Positions 27,965 through 30,445 of a stretch of DNA of 30,445 nt are shown here, one piece after another (positions within the stretch are counted from its first letter, which is position 1; each line of letters begins with the position of its first letter). The notes under the pieces were generated by a model. That model saw nothing but the letters and a program-made list of their open reading frames with translations, was not told the DNA's origin and searched no databases. The stretch covers positions 401,870 through 432,314 of the forward strand of contig JAWQFM010000028.1 of NCBI GenBank assembly GCA_033442325.1. Reading direction: 5' to 3'. Source of the DNA: Salpingoeca rosetta (taxonomy: Eukaryota; Protista; Choanoflagellata). Position numbers and translations under genes: made by a program.

Positions 27965-28822
27965 AACACACACACACACATGCAGAGACACAAGTACGTG
28001 GGCGTACTTGTTGAAGACCATTTCGTCGTAGAGGAGGCTGTCGATGTCCTGAAGTGCACGTGCACGACACGCGGCGACCGGCGAGCCAAGGTGCTTCACC
28101 ATCACACCACGCACGCTCGCAGCAAGCTGCATGAAACAGTGGCAGAAAATCGTGATGCGAGCCAATATCAGATGCTATCGCTCGTTAAACAAGATGCGCA
28201 CTTGTACGCACACACACACACACACACACACGTACGTACACACACACACACATACACACGCACACACACACACGCGCGCGCACACACACACACACGCGCG
28301 CGCGCATACCACCATGGCAAGGGGCGCACCTCGCTCTCGAGTTCATCTGGACAGGCTTCGGGCCACGTGCTGCTCGCCGCCGTCGTGCGAAGACACTCCT
28401 CAATCGTCAGGCACAGCCGGTTCACGACCTGGCCCCCAACAGCAGCAGTGATGGTGATGGTGATGGGGGGGGGGTGGTTGTGCATACGTACGTTTGGACG
28501 TGTGGAAAGGCAAACGGGTGTGAGGCGCTGATTGTTGAGTGGGAGGTCAAGTTGCACATGGTGAAAGCAGCGCTCAACGAGCAACGGCGTGCTGCCGTCG
28601 TGAGCAGTTGCACACACGCACACACGCACACACACATACACGTCTTCATACATTTGAGTCGAGGGTGGCATTGCTTGGCAGAGCGTCGAACACGCCCTCA
28701 GCCTGTGGTGAATACACATGAGGTTGATGTAATGCATGAGCGTGGGCAGGGATGCACAGCAGTAATTGCTGTCAAGCTACAAGCATGCAGAAAAAAAAGC
28801 ACACACACACACAAACACACGC

Positions 28823-28855
<33 letters not shown>

Positions 28856-28856
28856 T

Positions 28857-28891
<35 letters not shown>

Positions 28892-30189
28892 CGCGCCAAC
28901 CTGCTGCAGGATGACGGCGTGGACAAAAAGGTCGTCGGAGAATTCCTGCAGGAGCGAGTCGCTCGACGGCTGACGGGGCGGCGCCCGATGGTCACCACCA
29001 CCACCACCACCACCATCACCATGACCACTGCGACCGTCAGCAATAGTCATGTCATCTGCAGCAGCTGCATCGCGGCCTACCCTGTCGTGGTTTCTACGGT
29101 TGGCAGCACGTCCCCTTCCACTGCTGGTGCTGCTGATGCTGCCGTACCAGCTCTCGAGTTGACTGTCGCCGCTGTCCTTCGATGGCATGCCAGCAGCGAT
29201 GTTGGCGGCGGCGGCGGTGCCCGCTTCCTCTTCCGTGCGCAGTCTGCAATGCGTGCCACCACAGCCGCAGTGGTGCACCCGTGTGTGTTTGTGTGGGTGT
29301 GTGTAAGTGTGGGAAAGAACGGCTTTGAAACAAAGCGAAACAAGGAACACCACACCAAACAGCTCCAGCCTTCGTGCACATGCAGGCACACATGCGAACA
29401 TGTGGAGGTGTGCATGGCTGTACCTGCGGGAAGTGTCGCGAATGCGTTCCAGCATGGATTTGCTTCCATCCTGCCACAACGACACCCCCACACCACCCAC
29501 CCAATACAATCTGATCAGGTACGGCAGATAGCAATCGCCACGAGCATGGCGCAAACACTCACACCCACGTCGTGCACGTCGAATCACTCTTCCACTCCAG
29601 CACAGAACTACAAGACCCAACATCCAGCCCCCTCCTCGAAGTCAATGTGGTGACGCTCGCACCTGCGACGGCACGCCAAGCACGTGGTGACGAATGGTTT
29701 CGTTCAACTCCTCCTCCTCCTCATCATCATCATCATCCAAGTTTTCATGGTCGTAGTCGTAATCGATGCCATCACGATGACCAGCGCCGTCCTCAGCAGT
29801 CGACTGCTCCCGTGTGTCTGTTGCCGTTGTTGTCACGGGCGCTGAAGAGGATACGGACGACGAACGCGATTGTGACGTCGACGACAGCAGCGCGCGTGCC
29901 AGCAGTGCAGCCCGGCCAAGCTCAACCTCCACGCCACCACCAAGCCGTCGCCGCCTCCACGCCAGCCCAGCCGCGTCATCGCCACCACCGCTGCCATGGT
30001 CAGCAGCGGCAGCACCATACTCGCCCTCGTCACCGCCGTGCACGTACGCCAGCTCGTAAGCAGCGCGATCATCACCATCATCATCATCATCGTCGTCGTC
30101 ATCGAGGTTTGAGTCTGACACAATGCCGCCCTGGATGCACTGTCCAACCATCCGCAGTAGATGTTCCGTGTCCGCCTCGGAAGGCGTTT
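26023..30189 (-). CDS. Partial (5' end not identified, probably beyond window) acidic, low-complexity protein with a PCM1 C-terminal-like domain. Exons 30189-29663, 29470-29424, 29243-28901, 28776-28652, 28591-28558, 28428-28330, 28126-28008, 27770-27666 (or -27675), 27486-26433, 26118-26023
   Basis: Phase-consistent GT-AG chain. Segment LAASVRGVMVKHLGSPVAACRARALQDIDSLLYDEMVFNK|VIEQVD aligns without gaps to the recalled PCM1 C-terminal segment. Gene existence is better supported than the PCM1 call. Confidence 0.7.
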
Positions 30190-30375
30190 CTGACAAGTGC
30201 GTGGGTGTGCGTGGGTGTGCGTGGATGTGCGTGGGTGTGCGTGTGTGTGCGTTTGTGTATGTGTTGTTGCGATGAGAACAGAAGGGTGGTCTGGAATAGC
30301 ATGGTTGTTCGCAAATGCATCCGCACACTTCAAACATGAAACAGAAACGGTCAGAAGCATCAAACACGAAATGTT

Positions 30376-30430
<55 letters not shown>

Positions 30431-30445
30431 CAACACACACGACGA

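Overview
Eukaryotic, intron-rich, GC-rich genomic DNA whose introns are packed with (CA)n/(GT)n microsatellites. Style and gene content suggest a choanoflagellate such as Salpingoeca rosetta (inference, not verified). Most ORF-track entries are repeat artefacts. Hand-splicing at GT-AG sites with consistent phases gives seven genes: (1) + strand partial gene with a PD-(D/E)xK-like domain, polyQ linker and atypical kinase (Crinkler-type architecture), running into an N gap; (2) - strand class V PLP cysteine-desulfurase-like gene (8 exons) with a 24-nt tandem duplication that creates an in-frame TGA; (3) - strand ankyrin-repeat gene; (4) - strand TESK/LIMK-family kinase (12 exons, 799 aa); (5) + strand intronless secreted protein with a cubilin-N-like segment and 7 propeller repeats; (6) - strand ARMC4/ODAD2 (20 exons, 1029 aa) with RFX-type half-sites upstream, a 17-bp intronic minisatellite and a degraded inverted copy of its own promoter/exon 1 beside a gap; (7) - strand partial gene with a PCM1 C-terminal-like domain. 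Homologue comparisons are from recalled sequences, not database searches.
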